The position numbers and the translations under genes are program-made. A DNA stretch of 64,000 nucleotides from an uncultured delta proteobacterium (GTDB lineage: Bacteria; Desulfobacterota; Desulfuromonadia; Geobacterales; DSM-12255), in assembly GCA_963787125.1 (NCBI GenBank), contig CAWBBV010000001.1, forward strand, positions 608,001 to 672,000. Direction: 5' to 3'. The notes beneath the pieces are model-generated. The model was not told the DNA's origin, did no database searches, and saw only the letters and a list, made by a program, of their open reading frames with translations. Positions 1-10,779 of the stretch are shown in pieces. Numbering within the stretch: the first letter of the stretch is position 1; every line of letters begins with the position of its first letter.

Positions 1-1
1 T

Positions 2-148
2 TATTCCTGGCGGTTTGACCAGTTGGGCGCCGGGGAAAAGCGAACCATCACGGTTTCATACAGAGTTAAACAGGGTACGGCAGTCGGGACATCACTGTCG
101 CTGAAAAACTCCCTGACATATCAGGATCATATAGGGAACAGCTACTGA
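2..148 (+). CDS. 3' end of a gene entering from the left; DUF11/Ig-like beta-sandwich C-terminus
   Basis: Frame 2 reads YSWRFDQLGAGEKRTITVSYRVKQGTAVGTSLSLKNSLTYQDHIGNSY* (W..L.aGe..t.t..V....Gt...N pattern); TGA 146-148 overlaps the next ATG. Confidence 0.6.
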   Translation, partial: YSWRFDQLGAGEKRTITVSYRVKQGTAVGTSLSLKNSLTYQDHIGNSY

Positions 149-813
149 TGATGAATGAATGGCGATTGGTTCTGTTACTGTTGTCAGTTCCTCTGCTTTC
201 TCTGGAGGCGCACGGTTCTGAGTATATGCTCTTTTCTCCAAACCAGCAGGAGGAAGTGTCTCAGCTGCCTGAAGCCGGCAAAGGGGTGCTGGTGCGACGG
301 ATTACCGTTAAACCTGGTGATACATTAAGTAAAATATCTAAAGAGTTTGCGGGGCGGAGTTCCTACTTCCCCCAGATCCTTCTTTTTAACAATATTCACA
401 ACCCGGACCTTATCCGTGCCGGCAGAGAACTGCTTGTTCCCGTCAGCAGGCAGAAGGCCATCGCCAAGAACCCAGCTTCGCAACAGTCTGTTTCTCCTGG
501 AGTAAATAACGTCTCGACTCCTGAACTTCACTCTGCTGAAGCGACTCGGGTGAAAACCAAAGCTCCTGCTAAAAAGAGTCGGCAAAAGAGTGCAGTTTTG
601 AAGCCGGAGAGAAAACAGACGCCGCCCGGGCAGACTGTCTCCAGGGAAGAGAACGACTCTTATTCGCAGGCAATCAACTCATATCGCAGTGGCAAGTATA
701 AGGAGTCGTTGTTATTATTCACCCGTTTCCTTGAGAAATACCCATCATCTCCACTTGCAGCTGACGCTTTACTCTACAGAGCAGAATCGCTTCTCAAACT
801 TTCCGGTCAATAA
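148..813 (+). CDS. Exported LysM peptidoglycan-binding protein with C-terminal TPR (CpoB/YbgF-like) domain
   Basis: Signal peptide; VKPGDTLSKIS...NPDLIRAGRELLVP LysM; YSQAINSY...FLEKYPSSPLAADALLY TPR. Confidence 0.85.
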   Translation: MMNEWRLVLLLLSVPLLSLEAHGSEYMLFSPNQQEEVSQLPEAGKGVLVRRITVKPGDTLSKISKEFAGRSSYFPQILLFNNIHNPDLIRAGRELLVPVSRQKAIAKNPASQQSVSPGVNNVSTPELHSAEATRVKTKAPAKKSRQKSAVLKPERKQTPPGQTVSREENDSYSQAINSYRSGKYKESLLLFTRFLEKYPSSPLAADALLYRAESLLKLSGQ

Positions 814-824
814 ATCAGGTTCCC

Positions 825-1790
825 ATGAACAGAGTAATCACCACACTAATTCTGGCTTTTGCCATATGTTTTATTGCGACCGTATCTCTTGCCGAGACAC
901 TTAACGGCATTGCGGCTATCGTCAACGACGAGATAATAACTTCCCTGGAACTGAATCGTGAATATGCCATGGTTCTGAAAGAGGAGGAGAAGCGTGGCGC
1001 GTTCTCCCCAGAAGCGGCAACCAAGCTCAAGCGTGATATTCTCGACGCCATGATTGACCGGAAGTTGGTTAAGCAGAAGATAAAAGAGCTGAACATTGTT
1101 ATCTCCGAAGAGGAGATTCGTCAGTCTATCGAGGATGTCAAGCGTCAGAACAAGCTCAGTCAGGAAGCGCTAACCTCGGCACTGCTCGCTCAAGGGATGA
1201 CTTTCGATCAGTATAAAGCGCAGATGAGAGAGCAGTTGGAGCGCCTTCGACTTATGAGTCAGGAGGTTAAGTCCAAGATTCAGGTGAGCGAGCGGGAAAT
1301 CCGCGAGTATTATGATGCGAACAAGTCGCTTTACACAGAAGAGCCGACCTACCGAGCCCGCCACATCTTCATCAAAGTTAATAAGAACGCTTCAAACGAA
1401 GAGATAAAGAAGCTGATGGCCAAAGCGGTTACTGTCATGACCGAAGCAAAGAGCAGTAGTGACTTTATCGCGTTGGCGAAAAAGTACTCCGATGAAGCCA
1501 GTGCAGCAAAGGATGGCGGAGATCTGGGGACGTTCAAGAAAGGGGATATGCTCCCTGAGATAGAAAGTGCTGTCATCACCATGACGCCGGGAGAGATAAG
1601 CGATCTGGTCACCACTCCGGCGGGTTTTCATATCATCAAGCTTGAAGAGAAGAGTGCCGAGAGACTAAAACCCTTTGATTCAGTCAAAGCAGCGATTGAT
1701 GAGATCCTTTATAAGAAAAAATCTGAAGAGCGCTTTAAACAGTGGGCTGAAGAGTTGCGCAAAGCTGCAGCTGTGGAGATAAAACCGTAA
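825..1790 (+). CDS. surA: SurA-like periplasmic chaperone / PpiC-type peptidyl-prolyl isomerase
   Basis: IAAIVNDEIIT SurA-N; YRARHIFI, AKKYSD, GGDLG, GFHIIKL parvulin motifs. Confidence 0.85.
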   Translation: MNRVITTLILAFAICFIATVSLAETLNGIAAIVNDEIITSLELNREYAMVLKEEEKRGAFSPEAATKLKRDILDAMIDRKLVKQKIKELNIVISEEEIRQSIEDVKRQNKLSQEALTSALLAQGMTFDQYKAQMREQLERLRLMSQEVKSKIQVSEREIREYYDANKSLYTEEPTYRARHIFIKVNKNASNEEIKKLMAKAVTVMTEAKSSSDFIALAKKYSDEASAAKDGGDLGTFKKGDMLPEIESAVITMTPGEISDLVTTPAGFHIIKLEEKSAERLKPFDSVKAAIDEILYKKKSEERFKQWAEELRKAAAVEIKP

Positions 1791-1823
1791 CACCCAGAAT
1801 GGCAGCGTCCCGAAAGCTTCTGT

Positions 1824-2906
1824 TCACGTCCCGCTTTTAAGTTCACAGCTTTTTATAACCGCTGCTGATATCCCCTGTAGCGGGAGAACTCGATCCACTC
1901 CTCCCATCTTGATGGCCTCGCACGGCATACCGAAAACAACCGAAGTCGCTTCGTCCTGAGCAATGGTTTTTGCCCCCGCTTCTTTTAGTTCCAGCATCCC
2001 CCTGGCACCATCGTCACCCATGCCTGTCATGATTACCCCGACAGCATTCTTGCCGGCGTAGCGGGCTGCGGAGCGAAAGAGGACATCAACTGACGGTCGG
2101 TGGCGGCAGACAAGCGGCCCGTCCTTGATCTCAACAAAATAGCGGGCACCGCTTCGCTTCAACAGTATATGGCTGTTTCCTTGCGCAATGAGGGCCCGAC
2201 CGGACATGACCGTGTCGTTGTTCTCCGCCTCCTTGACACTGATACGACAGAGTCCGTCCAAACGCCTGGCAAATGCCGAGGTGAAATGTTCCGGCATATG
2301 CTGGACAATAACGACACCGGGACTGTCTTCCGGTAGGCTCTCCAGAAAGACACGCAACGCCTCGGTCCCACCGGTGGAGGCTCCCACAACTACAACTTTT
2401 TCCGTGGTCCGGATCATGGCCTCCGACTTGGACCTGAATAACACCGCGTCGGCAGTCAGTTTCGGTTGAACCGGATTGAAGTTGACGGGCACCCGCTTGA
2501 GCCTGGCCTGGCTGGCCGCCTTGAGCGCCGTGCAGATAAGTAGTCGCGATTCTTCGAGGAAATGCCGGGTGCCGAGGCGCGGTTTCTCGATTATTTCCAC
2601 GGCCCCGTATTCAAGGGCTTTCATGGCTGTTTCTGAGCCGTGCCCGGTCAGACTCGAACAGATCACCACCGGAATCGGGTGCTGACTCATGATCCGCTGC
2701 AGGAAGGTAATACCGTCCATTCTTGGCATCTCCACGTCCAGGGTTATTACGTCAGGGCGAACAGTTTTTAGCCGTTCAGCAGCAATGAAAGGGTCTGCTG
2801 CCGTGCCGAGTACCTCCAGTTCCGGGTCGGCGGAGATTATTTCTGTCATAACCTGGCGCACCACGGCAGAATCGTCAATAATGAGTACGCCAATTTTCTT
2901 TTTCAT
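1824..2906 (-). CDS. cheB: Chemotaxis methylesterase CheB (REC + methylesterase)
   Basis: [38 protein letters not shown] 2906 preferred over GTG 2915. Confidence 0.97.
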   Translation of the reverse strand: MKKKIGVLIIDDSAVVRQVMTEIISADPELEVLGTAADPFIAAERLKTVRPDVITLDVEMPRMDGITFLQRIMSQHPIPVVICSSLTGHGSETAMKALEYGAVEIIEKPRLGTRHFLEESRLLICTALKAASQARLKRVPVNFNPVQPKLTADAVLFRSKSEAMIRTTEKVVVVGASTGGTEALRVFLESLPEDSPGVVIVQHMPEHFTSAFARRLDGLCRISVKEAENNDTVMSGRALIAQGNSHILLKRSGARYFVEIKDGPLVCRHRPSVDVLFRSAARYAGKNAVGVIMTGMGDDGARGMLELKEAGAKTIAQDEATSVVFGMPCEAIKMGGVDRVLPLQGISAAVIKSCELKSGT

Positions 2907-2932
2907 ATCTACCACCCTTTTTAAACCCCAGG

Positions 2933-3811
2933 TCAGGACATCCTACGGTAGATTGTCGGACTGACCTGCATTAGCGGGACATCCAGACCGCTCAGGGTCT
3001 CCGAATGGCCCATAAAGATAAAACCGCCCGGTGCCAGATGGGTACAGAAACGTTGCAGCAGACGCTCCTGGGTTGGCCGATCAAAGTAGATGATCACATT
3101 GCGGCAGAAGATGATGTCGATTTCTTCCCTGATAGCGAAATCTTCTCCCATGAAGTTCAAGCGGCGGAATTCAACTTTTTCCCTGAGTTGCGGCACAATT
3201 CGCACCAATCCTTCACTGCGATCCCTGCTGCGGAGGAAATATTTCTTTTTGAGAGCGGTCGGAACCGGAGCAGTCCTCTCTTCGCTGTAAACAGCCAGTC
3301 GACCGGATGCGAGTACTCTTGTGGAGATGTCGGTAGCCAGTATCCGGAAGTCGAAGCCGGGTGACTGCTCGGCGAACTCCTGCAGAACCATGGCCAGCGT
3401 GTAAGGTTCCTCACCGGTGGAACAGCCGGCGCTCCAGACTCTCAAAGTGCGCGAAGCTCCGGTGCCTTTTTGCACGTAACCGGGCAGAACTGACGCCATA
3501 AGGTACTGAAAATGATCGGCTTCACGGAAAAAGTCGGTCTTGTTGGTGGTGACCAGGTCGAGCATTGGCACCGCTTCCTGCGCCAGCCCTTCGCTACTGA
3601 AGAGATAGGCGCAGTAACGGGTGAAGGACTCCATCCCCAAGGTGCGCAATCTTTTCTGGAGACGCGATTCAAGCATCGTCTTTTTAATAGGGGGCATTCG
3701 GATGCCGCTTTCAGCGTAAATGAATCGACCCAGTCGCAGAAAGTCGCTTTCTGACAAACGATTGCCTTTGTCTGCCAGAGGTCGCCTCTTGCTGATCACC
3801 GTTCTCAGCAT
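2933..3811 (-). CDS. cheR: Chemotaxis methyltransferase CheR
   Basis: [36 protein letters not shown]. Confidence 0.97.
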   Translation of the reverse strand: MLRTVISKRRPLADKGNRLSESDFLRLGRFIYAESGIRMPPIKKTMLESRLQKRLRTLGMESFTRYCAYLFSSEGLAQEAVPMLDLVTTNKTDFFREADHFQYLMASVLPGYVQKGTGASRTLRVWSAGCSTGEEPYTLAMVLQEFAEQSPGFDFRILATDISTRVLASGRLAVYSEERTAPVPTALKKKYFLRSRDRSEGLVRIVPQLREKVEFRRLNFMGEDFAIREEIDIIFCRNVIIYFDRPTQERLLQRFCTHLAPGGFIFMGHSETLSGLDVPLMQVSPTIYRRMS

Positions 3812-4185
3812 TAGCTCATCACCTTGCTGATAATACGCAGCAACTCTTCCTGCTTGAATGGTTTGGTTAGCCAGGCGGTGGCTCCCGCTGCCACACCTGC
3901 CTGTTTCATGGTGGTCTGGTGTTCGGTTGTCAAAATTATGATAGGCAGAAAGCGGTAAGCGGGATTTTTGCGAACCTCATTGATAAGCCCGATGCCATCC
4001 ATGAAGGGCATATGCAGATCGGTAATGATCAGGTCAGCATGCTCTGCTGCCAGTTTTCCCAGTCCATCCCTGCCGTCTACCGCTTCGATGACCCGGTAAC
4101 CTGACTGGGAGAGGATAGATCGCAGCAATTGCCGGATACTTGATGAATCATCAACTGCCAGAATAGACTTAATCATGTAATACAT
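3811..4185 (-). CDS. cheY: Single-domain response regulator CheY
   Basis: ILAVDDS, ITDLHMP, LTTE, WLTKPF. Confidence 0.9.
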   Translation of the reverse strand: MYYMIKSILAVDDSSSIRQLLRSILSQSGYRVIEAVDGRDGLGKLAAEHADLIITDLHMPFMDGIGLINEVRKNPAYRFLPIIILTTEHQTTMKQAGVAAGATAWLTKPFKQEELLRIISKVMS

Positions 4186-4191
4186 CCTCTC

Positions 4192-4713
4192 TTATGCTGT
4201 TCTTGTGCCGTCAGGGAAGGTTATTGGTGTTCTCTTGATTCCCGGCGGTTCATTCGCTGCAGTTCTCAGCTGCCTTCGGAGGAGCACTTCGCCGGTGTTA
4301 CTGGAAAAGATGATTTTCCTGCTGGCGCCACCGCCCAGATCACTAGCCACGACCGGTATGTCGAATTGCGCCAGAATCCGCCAGGCCAAATCAATATTTC
4401 CGGTGCCGATCGGCATGAACCTGTCGGCATTCTCCCACATTGCTGCGCCGCCAAAGAGCTTTGCCTGCAGGCGCGAGACGAGACAACCGAGCCCGGACAA
4501 CCGGTCAATAAGGGTATCGATGGCAATATTGCCGTAGCGGGGGGTAGGGAGCCCTTCACCGTTCCAGAGAGGCAGCATGAAGTGATTGATGCCGCCGACG
4601 CGCCGCACCGGATCGAAAAGGCAGACACTGACACACGAACCGAGAATGGTCGTAACCCGGTGGGGTTCCTGTTCGGCAAATAGCATCCCCGGATATAGAT
4701 AATGTTCTTTCAT
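4192..4713 (-). CDS. cheD: Chemoreceptor glutamine deamidase CheD
   Basis: TILGSCVSVCL, GGINHFMLP, AKLFGG, SDLGG; start at MKEHYLYPG (4713). Confidence 0.95.
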   Translation of the reverse strand: MKEHYLYPGMLFAEQEPHRVTTILGSCVSVCLFDPVRRVGGINHFMLPLWNGEGLPTPRYGNIAIDTLIDRLSGLGCLVSRLQAKLFGGAAMWENADRFMPIGTGNIDLAWRILAQFDIPVVASDLGGGASRKIIFSSNTGEVLLRRQLRTAANEPPGIKRTPITFPDGTRTA

Positions 4714-4794
4714 GGCATCGTTATTCCTGAACGGTGTGCAACTGCCATGACAGCAGTTATCAAGCCGCTTTTGCAACCGTTTCTGATCTGGCGG

Positions 4795-5670
4795 TCAGTA
4801 CTGCTCTTCTTCAGATAAAAAGCACAACTCACCTTCCGGAACCATTGTTGCGGCTGTTCCGCCAGGACGTGGCAAGGTCAGAGTAAAGGTGCTCCCTGCG
4901 CCGAGAGAGCTGTCAACGCAGACCTCTCCACCTGACAATTCGGCAAGGGCGCGGCAGATGCTCAGTCCGAGACCGAGACCACGGTGGCTTTTGCACGGAC
5001 CCTGGTCTAACTGCCGGAATCGATCGAATACGGTTTCATGGTTGGTGGAATCGATGCCGGGACCATCGTCACGGATGGCAATCTTCAGAAGAGAGTCATC
5101 AATGAACTGAGTGATGGTAACTATTCCCCCCTGCGGACTGAACTCCATTGCATTGGCGACGAGGTTTCTCAGCATGAGTTGCAGGAACCTCGGGTCAACG
5201 GTGAATGGCATGGATCGCGAAAAATCGCCACGCAGTTCCAGCTCTTTAGCAAAACGCCGATGTTCCAGACTGGCGAGAACTTCAGGGAGAATAACCGCTA
5301 CATCCGTCTCTACAAGGTGCGGCATCTCCTGGCCCGCTTCAAGTCCGGCAGCGGTAAAGACATTCTCCAGCTGAAAATGCAGTTCGAACGCCTCGTCATA
5401 GATCAGTCGGCCGTTAAGAGACGCCTGGTGAGGGTCGCTGTTGCCGGCCATCAACTGGTAGGCAAAACCCATGATTGTCGCCAGAGGGTTATTGATCTCG
5501 TTACGGATATTGGAGAGGAAGTGCCCCTTGAGCGCTTCCGATTCCTGTAACCGGTTATTGGTCTCTTCCAGCTTTTCGGTGAGTTCGCGCAGTTCATTGA
5601 TGACCCGTCGCTGCAGATCAAACCGCTCCCGGAGGGCAGCAATCAGCTCTTCATCGCTTAGCTTCGTCAT
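4795..5670 (-). CDS. Cytoplasmic histidine-kinase-like protein lacking the H-box His
   Basis: Coiled coil; FLSNIRNEINNPL; NLVANA N box, DDGPGI G1, FDRF F, GLGLGL G2. Confidence 0.85.
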   Translation of the reverse strand: MTKLSDEELIAALRERFDLQRRVINELRELTEKLEETNNRLQESEALKGHFLSNIRNEINNPLATIMGFAYQLMAGNSDPHQASLNGRLIYDEAFELHFQLENVFTAAGLEAGQEMPHLVETDVAVILPEVLASLEHRRFAKELELRGDFSRSMPFTVDPRFLQLMLRNLVANAMEFSPQGGIVTITQFIDDSLLKIAIRDDGPGIDSTNHETVFDRFRQLDQGPCKSHRGLGLGLSICRALAELSGGEVCVDSSLGAGSTFTLTLPRPGGTAATMVPEGELCFLSEEEQY

Positions 5671-5705
5671 GATTGTCTCCCCTTTAGTTCACCCAAACAG
5701 GGGCT

Positions 5706-7403
5706 CTAAAACTTTTCAAATGATGCATCAAGCTTGTCGGTGCCTGTGCCCATATCCAGATTGACTCCGGCAGCCAGCGACGCTGCGGCGGGGCGCCACC
5801 TGTGTGGCTGGGCCATGGCATAATTGTGTTGGTTGACTGTTCTGCGCTGATTATTCACTGTTAGTGACTGCAGCGGCGCCGGGACGTTTTGCCTGATGTC
5901 TCTGTTGTCCAGGCGGAAGAAGGCGATTGCGTTCTGCAGCTGTTCAGCCTGTGATGAGAGCTCTTCGGCTGTCGATGCCATCTCTTCGGAAGCTGAGGCG
6001 TTCTGCTGAATTACCTGGTCAAGTTGCTGGATTGCCTTATTGATCTGCTCAGCGCCAAGATCCTGTTCGCGACTGGCCGCATTGATTTCCTGTACAAGTT
6101 CGGCTGTTTTTTGAATGTCCGGCACCATTCTGCCGAGAAGTTGCCCGGCTTTTTCCGCAACATCTACACTTGAAGCGGAAAGGCTGCTAATCTCTGCCGC
6201 TGCTTTCTGGCTCCGTTCAGCCAGCTTACGTACCTCGCTTGCTACCACGGCAAACCCTTTGCCGTGCTCGCCGGCTCTGGCTGCTTCAATGGCCGCGTTC
6301 AGAGCCAGGAGGTTAGTCTGCCGGGCGATCTCCTCTATTATGGAAATCTTGCCGGCAATATCCTTCATGGCAATCACCGTCGCTTCCACGGATTTACCAC
6401 CTTCAATAGCCGCCGCCGCAGATTTTACGGCAATTTTATCGGTCTGCAGGGCATTATCGGCATTCTGACGAATATTGGAGGTCATCTGCTCCATGGATGC
6501 CGAGGCTTCCTCGGCAGCTGCTGCCTGTTCACTGGCTCCCTGGGACATCTCTTCAGCGCTGGAGGAGAGTTCCTGGCTACCGGAAGCTACATTACCCGCG
6601 GCGCTCTTTACCTCACCGACAATCTCCCGGAGTTTTTCCAGCATATTCTGCATGGAGCTCAGGAGCAGTCCGGTTTCATCCTTACCGCTGGATGTTATGG
6701 ATACAGTCAGGTCTCCCTCTGCCAGGCGGTTGGAAACCAAAACCGCTTCCCTGAGTGGGTTGGTGATGCTCCTGGTAATGAGGAAGCTGATGATCATGCC
6801 GGACAGCAGGGCAAAAAGCGCCACTCCGAAAGTCATGATCCGCGTAGATTTGTAAAGTTTCTTTGCCTCGTGATGACTTGCAGCCATCTGCTCTTCCTGA
6901 TACTTGACCAGTTCGGCAAAAGGGATAAAAATTTTCAGAATAAGAGGATGCGCTTCTTTGTTGTAAACATCTTTGGCTGCGGCAACTTTGCCGGCAAAAC
7001 AGAGTTCTTCAACCCTGAGATCGGCCGCCTTGGCATTGGCTATATTGGTGTTGATCTGAGCCATCAGATCTTTCCCCTTCTCGGAAGATTCCAGTTTTTC
7101 CAGCTGGCCAATGAGCTCTCGGTAATCGCCGCGATTTTTATCAATCTCGGCTTTCACATCTTTGAGGGAGGTCTGATCGACTATGAGCATGCTCTTGATG
7201 TCCTCTACCACGACCTTGAGCGCTTTCTGGGCATCTGCCGCCAGTTTTATCTTGACGTAACTCACCTGGACGATCTTTTCCAGATTTTCATTGACCTTAC
7301 CGAGATTACTCACGGCAATACCGGTAATTGCTACCAGAAGCATGAGCACCGCCCCGAATCCCAGCCCTAAACGCACCCCAATCTTCATATTGTTAAGTTT
7401 CAT
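5706..7403 (-). CDS. Methyl-accepting chemotaxis protein (2 TM, four-helix sensor, HAMP)
   Basis: [38 protein letters not shown]-terminal pentapeptide SFEKF. Confidence 0.97.
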   Translation of the reverse strand: MKLNNMKIGVRLGLGFGAVLMLLVAITGIAVSNLGKVNENLEKIVQVSYVKIKLAADAQKALKVVVEDIKSMLIVDQTSLKDVKAEIDKNRGDYRELIGQLEKLESSEKGKDLMAQINTNIANAKAADLRVEELCFAGKVAAAKDVYNKEAHPLILKIFIPFAELVKYQEEQMAASHHEAKKLYKSTRIMTFGVALFALLSGMIISFLITRSITNPLREAVLVSNRLAEGDLTVSITSSGKDETGLLLSSMQNMLEKLREIVGEVKSAAGNVASGSQELSSSAEEMSQGASEQAAAAEEASASMEQMTSNIRQNADNALQTDKIAVKSAAAAIEGGKSVEATVIAMKDIAGKISIIEEIARQTNLLALNAAIEAARAGEHGKGFAVVASEVRKLAERSQKAAAEISSLSASSVDVAEKAGQLLGRMVPDIQKTAELVQEINAASREQDLGAEQINKAIQQLDQVIQQNASASEEMASTAEELSSQAEQLQNAIAFFRLDNRDIRQNVPAPLQSLTVNNQRRTVNQHNYAMAQPHRWRPAAASLAAGVNLDMGTGTDKLDASFEKF

Positions 7404-7454
7404 GCTGCCGTTCTCCTTTTGGTGAAAATAAATATTTGAAGCAGATTAAGTTGT

Positions 7455-7955
7455 TTAAAGTTGCAGGCTTGGTTCCTCATCTGCACCGCAAGCGGCCAGT
7501 TCATCTGCGGAAAAGACCCGGTCGACATCGAGAATCATGACGAAGCCTTCGTCACGCTTCCCCATCCCCCGGATGAATTCTATGTTGAGTCTGGCACCGA
7601 TGCGCGGCGCCGGTTCGATCTGATGTGGTTCCAGGTCCAGCACCTCCTGTACCGAATCAGCCAGGGCTCCAAGGACAGTCGTCTCTTCGTCAACTTTCAC
7701 CTCCACAATGATGATGCAGGTATTGACCCCTTTTTCGGTCGCTGCCATGCCGAATTTCAGCCGCATATCAACAACCGGCAGCACATTGCCGCGCAGGTTG
7801 ATAACGCCGCACATGAATTCGGGGGTTCGTGGCACCCGGGTAACAGCGGTGTAATCAAGCACCTCCCGCACTGTACTGATATCGAAGGCAAACAGCTCAT
7901 CAGCCAGGGTAAAGGTCAGATACTGGGCTGTTTCTGTCACCGTTTCATCATGCAT
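7455..7955 (-). CDS. cheW: Chemotaxis adaptor CheW
   Basis: QYLTF, TRVPRTP, GVINLRG. Confidence 0.97.
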   Translation of the reverse strand: MHDETVTETAQYLTFTLADELFAFDISTVREVLDYTAVTRVPRTPEFMCGVINLRGNVLPVVDMRLKFGMAATEKGVNTCIIIVEVKVDEETTVLGALADSVQEVLDLEPHQIEPAPRIGARLNIEFIRGMGKRDEGFVMILDVDRVFSADELAACGADEEPSLQL

Positions 7956-9975
7956 GTGTTATCCCCTTCTTCATTGATATTGTGTCGCTTTCAGACCTGC
8001 GTTTTTCGGCAAGCTCTTCCTCGCTGACCAGTTGCAGCAGATCCAGAATCAGCGCCACACTGCCGTCACCCAGTATGGTCGCCCCGGAAACACCCTGCAC
8101 CTGGCGAAATAGTCGCCCGATGGACTTGATCACTGTCTGGTGCCCCCCTATGACGTGATCTACCACAAAACCGACCCGCTTGCCGTCGACCTCGACAATG
8201 ACAATCTGTTCGATGGCAGGTCTGGTGCCGCCTATGCCGAACCGCTCCCTGAGGGGAATATACGGGACAATGGTGTCACGGACGTTGATGAGGTGGCGGC
8301 CATGGGTCCGGGCCAGATCTTCACTGGTCAGTTCGATGCACTCTTCAACCAGTGACAGGGGGAGAACGTAATGATCCGGGCCGACCCGCACCAGCAGGCT
8401 TTCAATTATCGCCAGGGTCAGGGGGATTTTGACAGTTACTCGTGTCCCTTCTCCCTGATTGCTGGAGACGCTGATGGTGCCACGGAGTGCATCGACCCCT
8501 TTTTTAACCACATCCATTCCGACACCACGCCCCGAAATGCTGGTAATTTTGTCCGATGTTGAAAATCCCGGGGCAAAGATCAGGTTGAGCAGTTCCCTGT
8601 CGGACACTTCGGTTCCAGACTCAATCAGGCCCTTTGCCTCCCCTTGGGCGTGTAAAAGTTCCCTGTTGATGCCGGCGCCATCGTCACTGAGAGAAATCAG
8701 GACACTGTCCCCGGAATGAGTGGCCGAAAGGCGGATTGTCCCACGTGCTGATTTACCCGCTGCCTGGCGGACCTCCGGTGATTCAATGCCGTGATCGACG
8801 CAGTTCCTCACCAGGTGCACCAGTGGATCGGCGAGCCGCTCAATAACTGTCTTGTCCAACTCTGTTTCCGCCCCTTCGGTGAGCAATTCGATATCCTTAC
8901 CGAGTTCGTGGGACAGATCGTGTACCAGGCGCCTCAGTTTGCTGAAGGTGACGCCGATGGGGATCATTCTGATATTGAGGGTTGTGTCGCGCAGTCCCTC
9001 GGTCAGCCGCTCGACTTCTTCGGCCAGGGTGGAGAGTCCGACATCGTTGTGGTTTGCGGCAATCTGGTTAAGACGTGCCTGTGCTGTTACCAGTTCCCCG
9101 ACCAGATTCACCAACTGATCGAGTTTCCTGGCTGCAACTCTGATGCTGGAGATTGTCTGCACCTCCCGGGTTTCGCTGTCCCCGAAAAAATCCAGCCCGG
9201 CAGAGGGTGGCGATTGGGCTGCTGGTTTTTCAGCAGCATCACCGCTCGGCTCGTTCTCTGAGATAACTGTAATCTCGACCGAACTCTCTTCGCCGATAAA
9301 CATGAAAACATCGTGGATAGCATCCACGCCTTGTGCAGTTAAAAGCGTCACATCCCAGTAAAGGTAACAAAGCTCCGGATCCAGTTCGGCAAGCGGCGGA
9401 ATTTTGTCGGTATGCACCGTAATCCGGCATGGCCCGAGATCTCGCAGTTCATTCAGAAGCTGGAGAGGATTGAGTCCGCGCCTGAAAATATTCCTGTCCG
9501 GATGAAAACGGATGGCATAGGTTTTCGTGATGACGGAGTCTGACTGACTGCCGGGCTCAACCGGCAAGGTATTCGTTGTCACAGCCAGCGAAACCGTCGC
9601 GCCTGCAAGCTGGCGAAAGGCAGTGACGAGTTCTTCCTCTCGCGCCTCTTTGAGCCCATTGCCGAGCGGTGAGATTCTCAACATCTCCTTGAGCAGATCA
9701 CGCGCCTGCAGGGTAAGGAAGATCAGATCCTTGCTGACAGCCAAACTGCCATCGCGAACAAGGGCAAAAACCGTTTCAATTTCGTGACTGAATGTTGCCA
9801 CTTCATCAAAGCAGAACATGGCGCTTGTCCCCTTGATGGTATGCAATGCCCTGAAAACCCGGTCAATCAGACCGCTGTCACTCGGGTTTTGCTCAAGTTC
9901 CAGCAGCGCGGTTTCCAGTTCGACAAGTAGCTCCGCCCCCTCATCGAGGAACGCCTGCCGGTAATGATCAATCAT
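7948..9975 (-). CDS. cheA: Chemotaxis kinase CheA
   Basis: FRALHTIKG Hpt; LVHLVRNCVDHGIE; SGRGVGMDVV; C-terminal CheW domain. Confidence 0.97.
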   Translation of the reverse strand: MIDHYRQAFLDEGAELLVELETALLELEQNPSDSGLIDRVFRALHTIKGTSAMFCFDEVATFSHEIETVFALVRDGSLAVSKDLIFLTLQARDLLKEMLRISPLGNGLKEAREEELVTAFRQLAGATVSLAVTTNTLPVEPGSQSDSVITKTYAIRFHPDRNIFRRGLNPLQLLNELRDLGPCRITVHTDKIPPLAELDPELCYLYWDVTLLTAQGVDAIHDVFMFIGEESSVEITVISENEPSGDAAEKPAAQSPPSAGLDFFGDSETREVQTISSIRVAARKLDQLVNLVGELVTAQARLNQIAANHNDVGLSTLAEEVERLTEGLRDTTLNIRMIPIGVTFSKLRRLVHDLSHELGKDIELLTEGAETELDKTVIERLADPLVHLVRNCVDHGIESPEVRQAAGKSARGTIRLSATHSGDSVLISLSDDGAGINRELLHAQGEAKGLIESGTEVSDRELLNLIFAPGFSTSDKITSISGRGVGMDVVKKGVDALRGTISVSSNQGEGTRVTVKIPLTLAIIESLLVRVGPDHYVLPLSLVEECIELTSEDLARTHGRHLINVRDTIVPYIPLRERFGIGGTRPAIEQIVIVEVDGKRVGFVVDHVIGGHQTVIKSIGRLFRQVQGVSGATILGDGSVALILDLLQLVSEEELAEKRRSESDTISMKKGITHA

Positions 9976-10337
9976 CCAATCACCTTACGTACCACCGCCA
10001 GCAGCTGTTCCGGCTGAAAAGGTTTGGTTATCCAGCCGGTCGCACCTGCTGCCCGGGCTTCGTTTTTTCTGATATCATGGGATTCGGTCGTCAGCATGAT
10101 AATCGGGGTGAACCGGGACGCAGGATTTAACCTTACCCCGCGGATAAGGCCGATACCGTCCATGTGAGGCATATTCAGATCGGTGATGACCATGTCGACT
10201 TTCTCATTTTGCAACTTGGCAAGCCCGTCTCTGCCGTCCTTGGCCTCTATTACGCGATAACCTTTCTCCTTGAGGGTGAAAGAAAGCATCATCCGGATAC
10301 TTGCAGAGTCATCAACTGCCAGAATGGTTTTGTTCAT
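9972..10337 (-). CDS. cheY: Chemotaxis response regulator CheY
   Basis: ILAVDDSASIR, ITDLNMP, GATGWITKPF; overlaps cheA start. Confidence 0.95.
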   Translation of the reverse strand: MNKTILAVDDSASIRMMLSFTLKEKGYRVIEAKDGRDGLAKLQNEKVDMVITDLNMPHMDGIGLIRGVRLNPASRFTPIIMLTTESHDIRKNEARAAGATGWITKPFQPEQLLAVVRKVIG

Positions 10338-10342
10338 AGGTG

Positions 10343-10690
10343 TTACTCCTTCCAGCGCGTCTGGATGCTCTGGTAATTGTTGTCATCTTCAGGCATAAAT
10401 CCTGCTGCAATTGCCGTTTCGTGAAAAACAGCGCCAGATTCACCTGCCAGTGTAAAAGTGATGCCGGCGCCGATTGAGGTGAGGCGAGCCGCGTGAATCA
10501 GCTGCAACAGCGCAGTGTCTGCGCCGGTAATATGACCGATGTCGAGCTGCAGCTCATTGCAATCGCTCATGGCGGCAAGCAAAGCCGTTTTTATCTTCCC
10601 GACTTCACTAATGGTCGCAAGCCCTGCCAGGGCAACGATGACCCTGGCTTCTGTTCCTGCCGGTGCGTTTTTCGTTATGGTTAATTCCAT
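10343..10690 (-). CDS. STAS-domain protein of chemosensory cluster
   Basis: LDIGHITGADTALLQL; SD AGGAG before ATG 10690. Confidence 0.8.
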   Translation of the reverse strand: MELTITKNAPAGTEARVIVALAGLATISEVGKIKTALLAAMSDCNELQLDIGHITGADTALLQLIHAARLTSIGAGITFTLAGESGAVFHETAIAAGFMPEDDNNYQSIQTRWKE

Positions 10691-10779
10691 GCTTGGCTCC
10701 TGCAGGTTTTGCCTGTCCTGATAACCCGGAATAAAGGGTGATTCCGCGGTTATTTTCAGCGGCATAAATGAGGGAATAA

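Noticed and set aside
1791..1823. GGGACGC on the minus strand resembling a GEMM riboswitch core
   Set aside because: Only 33 nt, between convergent 3' ends, and lacks the other conserved elements
6264..7370. 368-aa plus-strand ORF (and other long antisense ORFs such as 13030-13806, 36465-37283, 55448-56245, 58986-59696, 60117-60818)
   Set aside because: Antisense shadows of well-supported genes; no recognisable motifs
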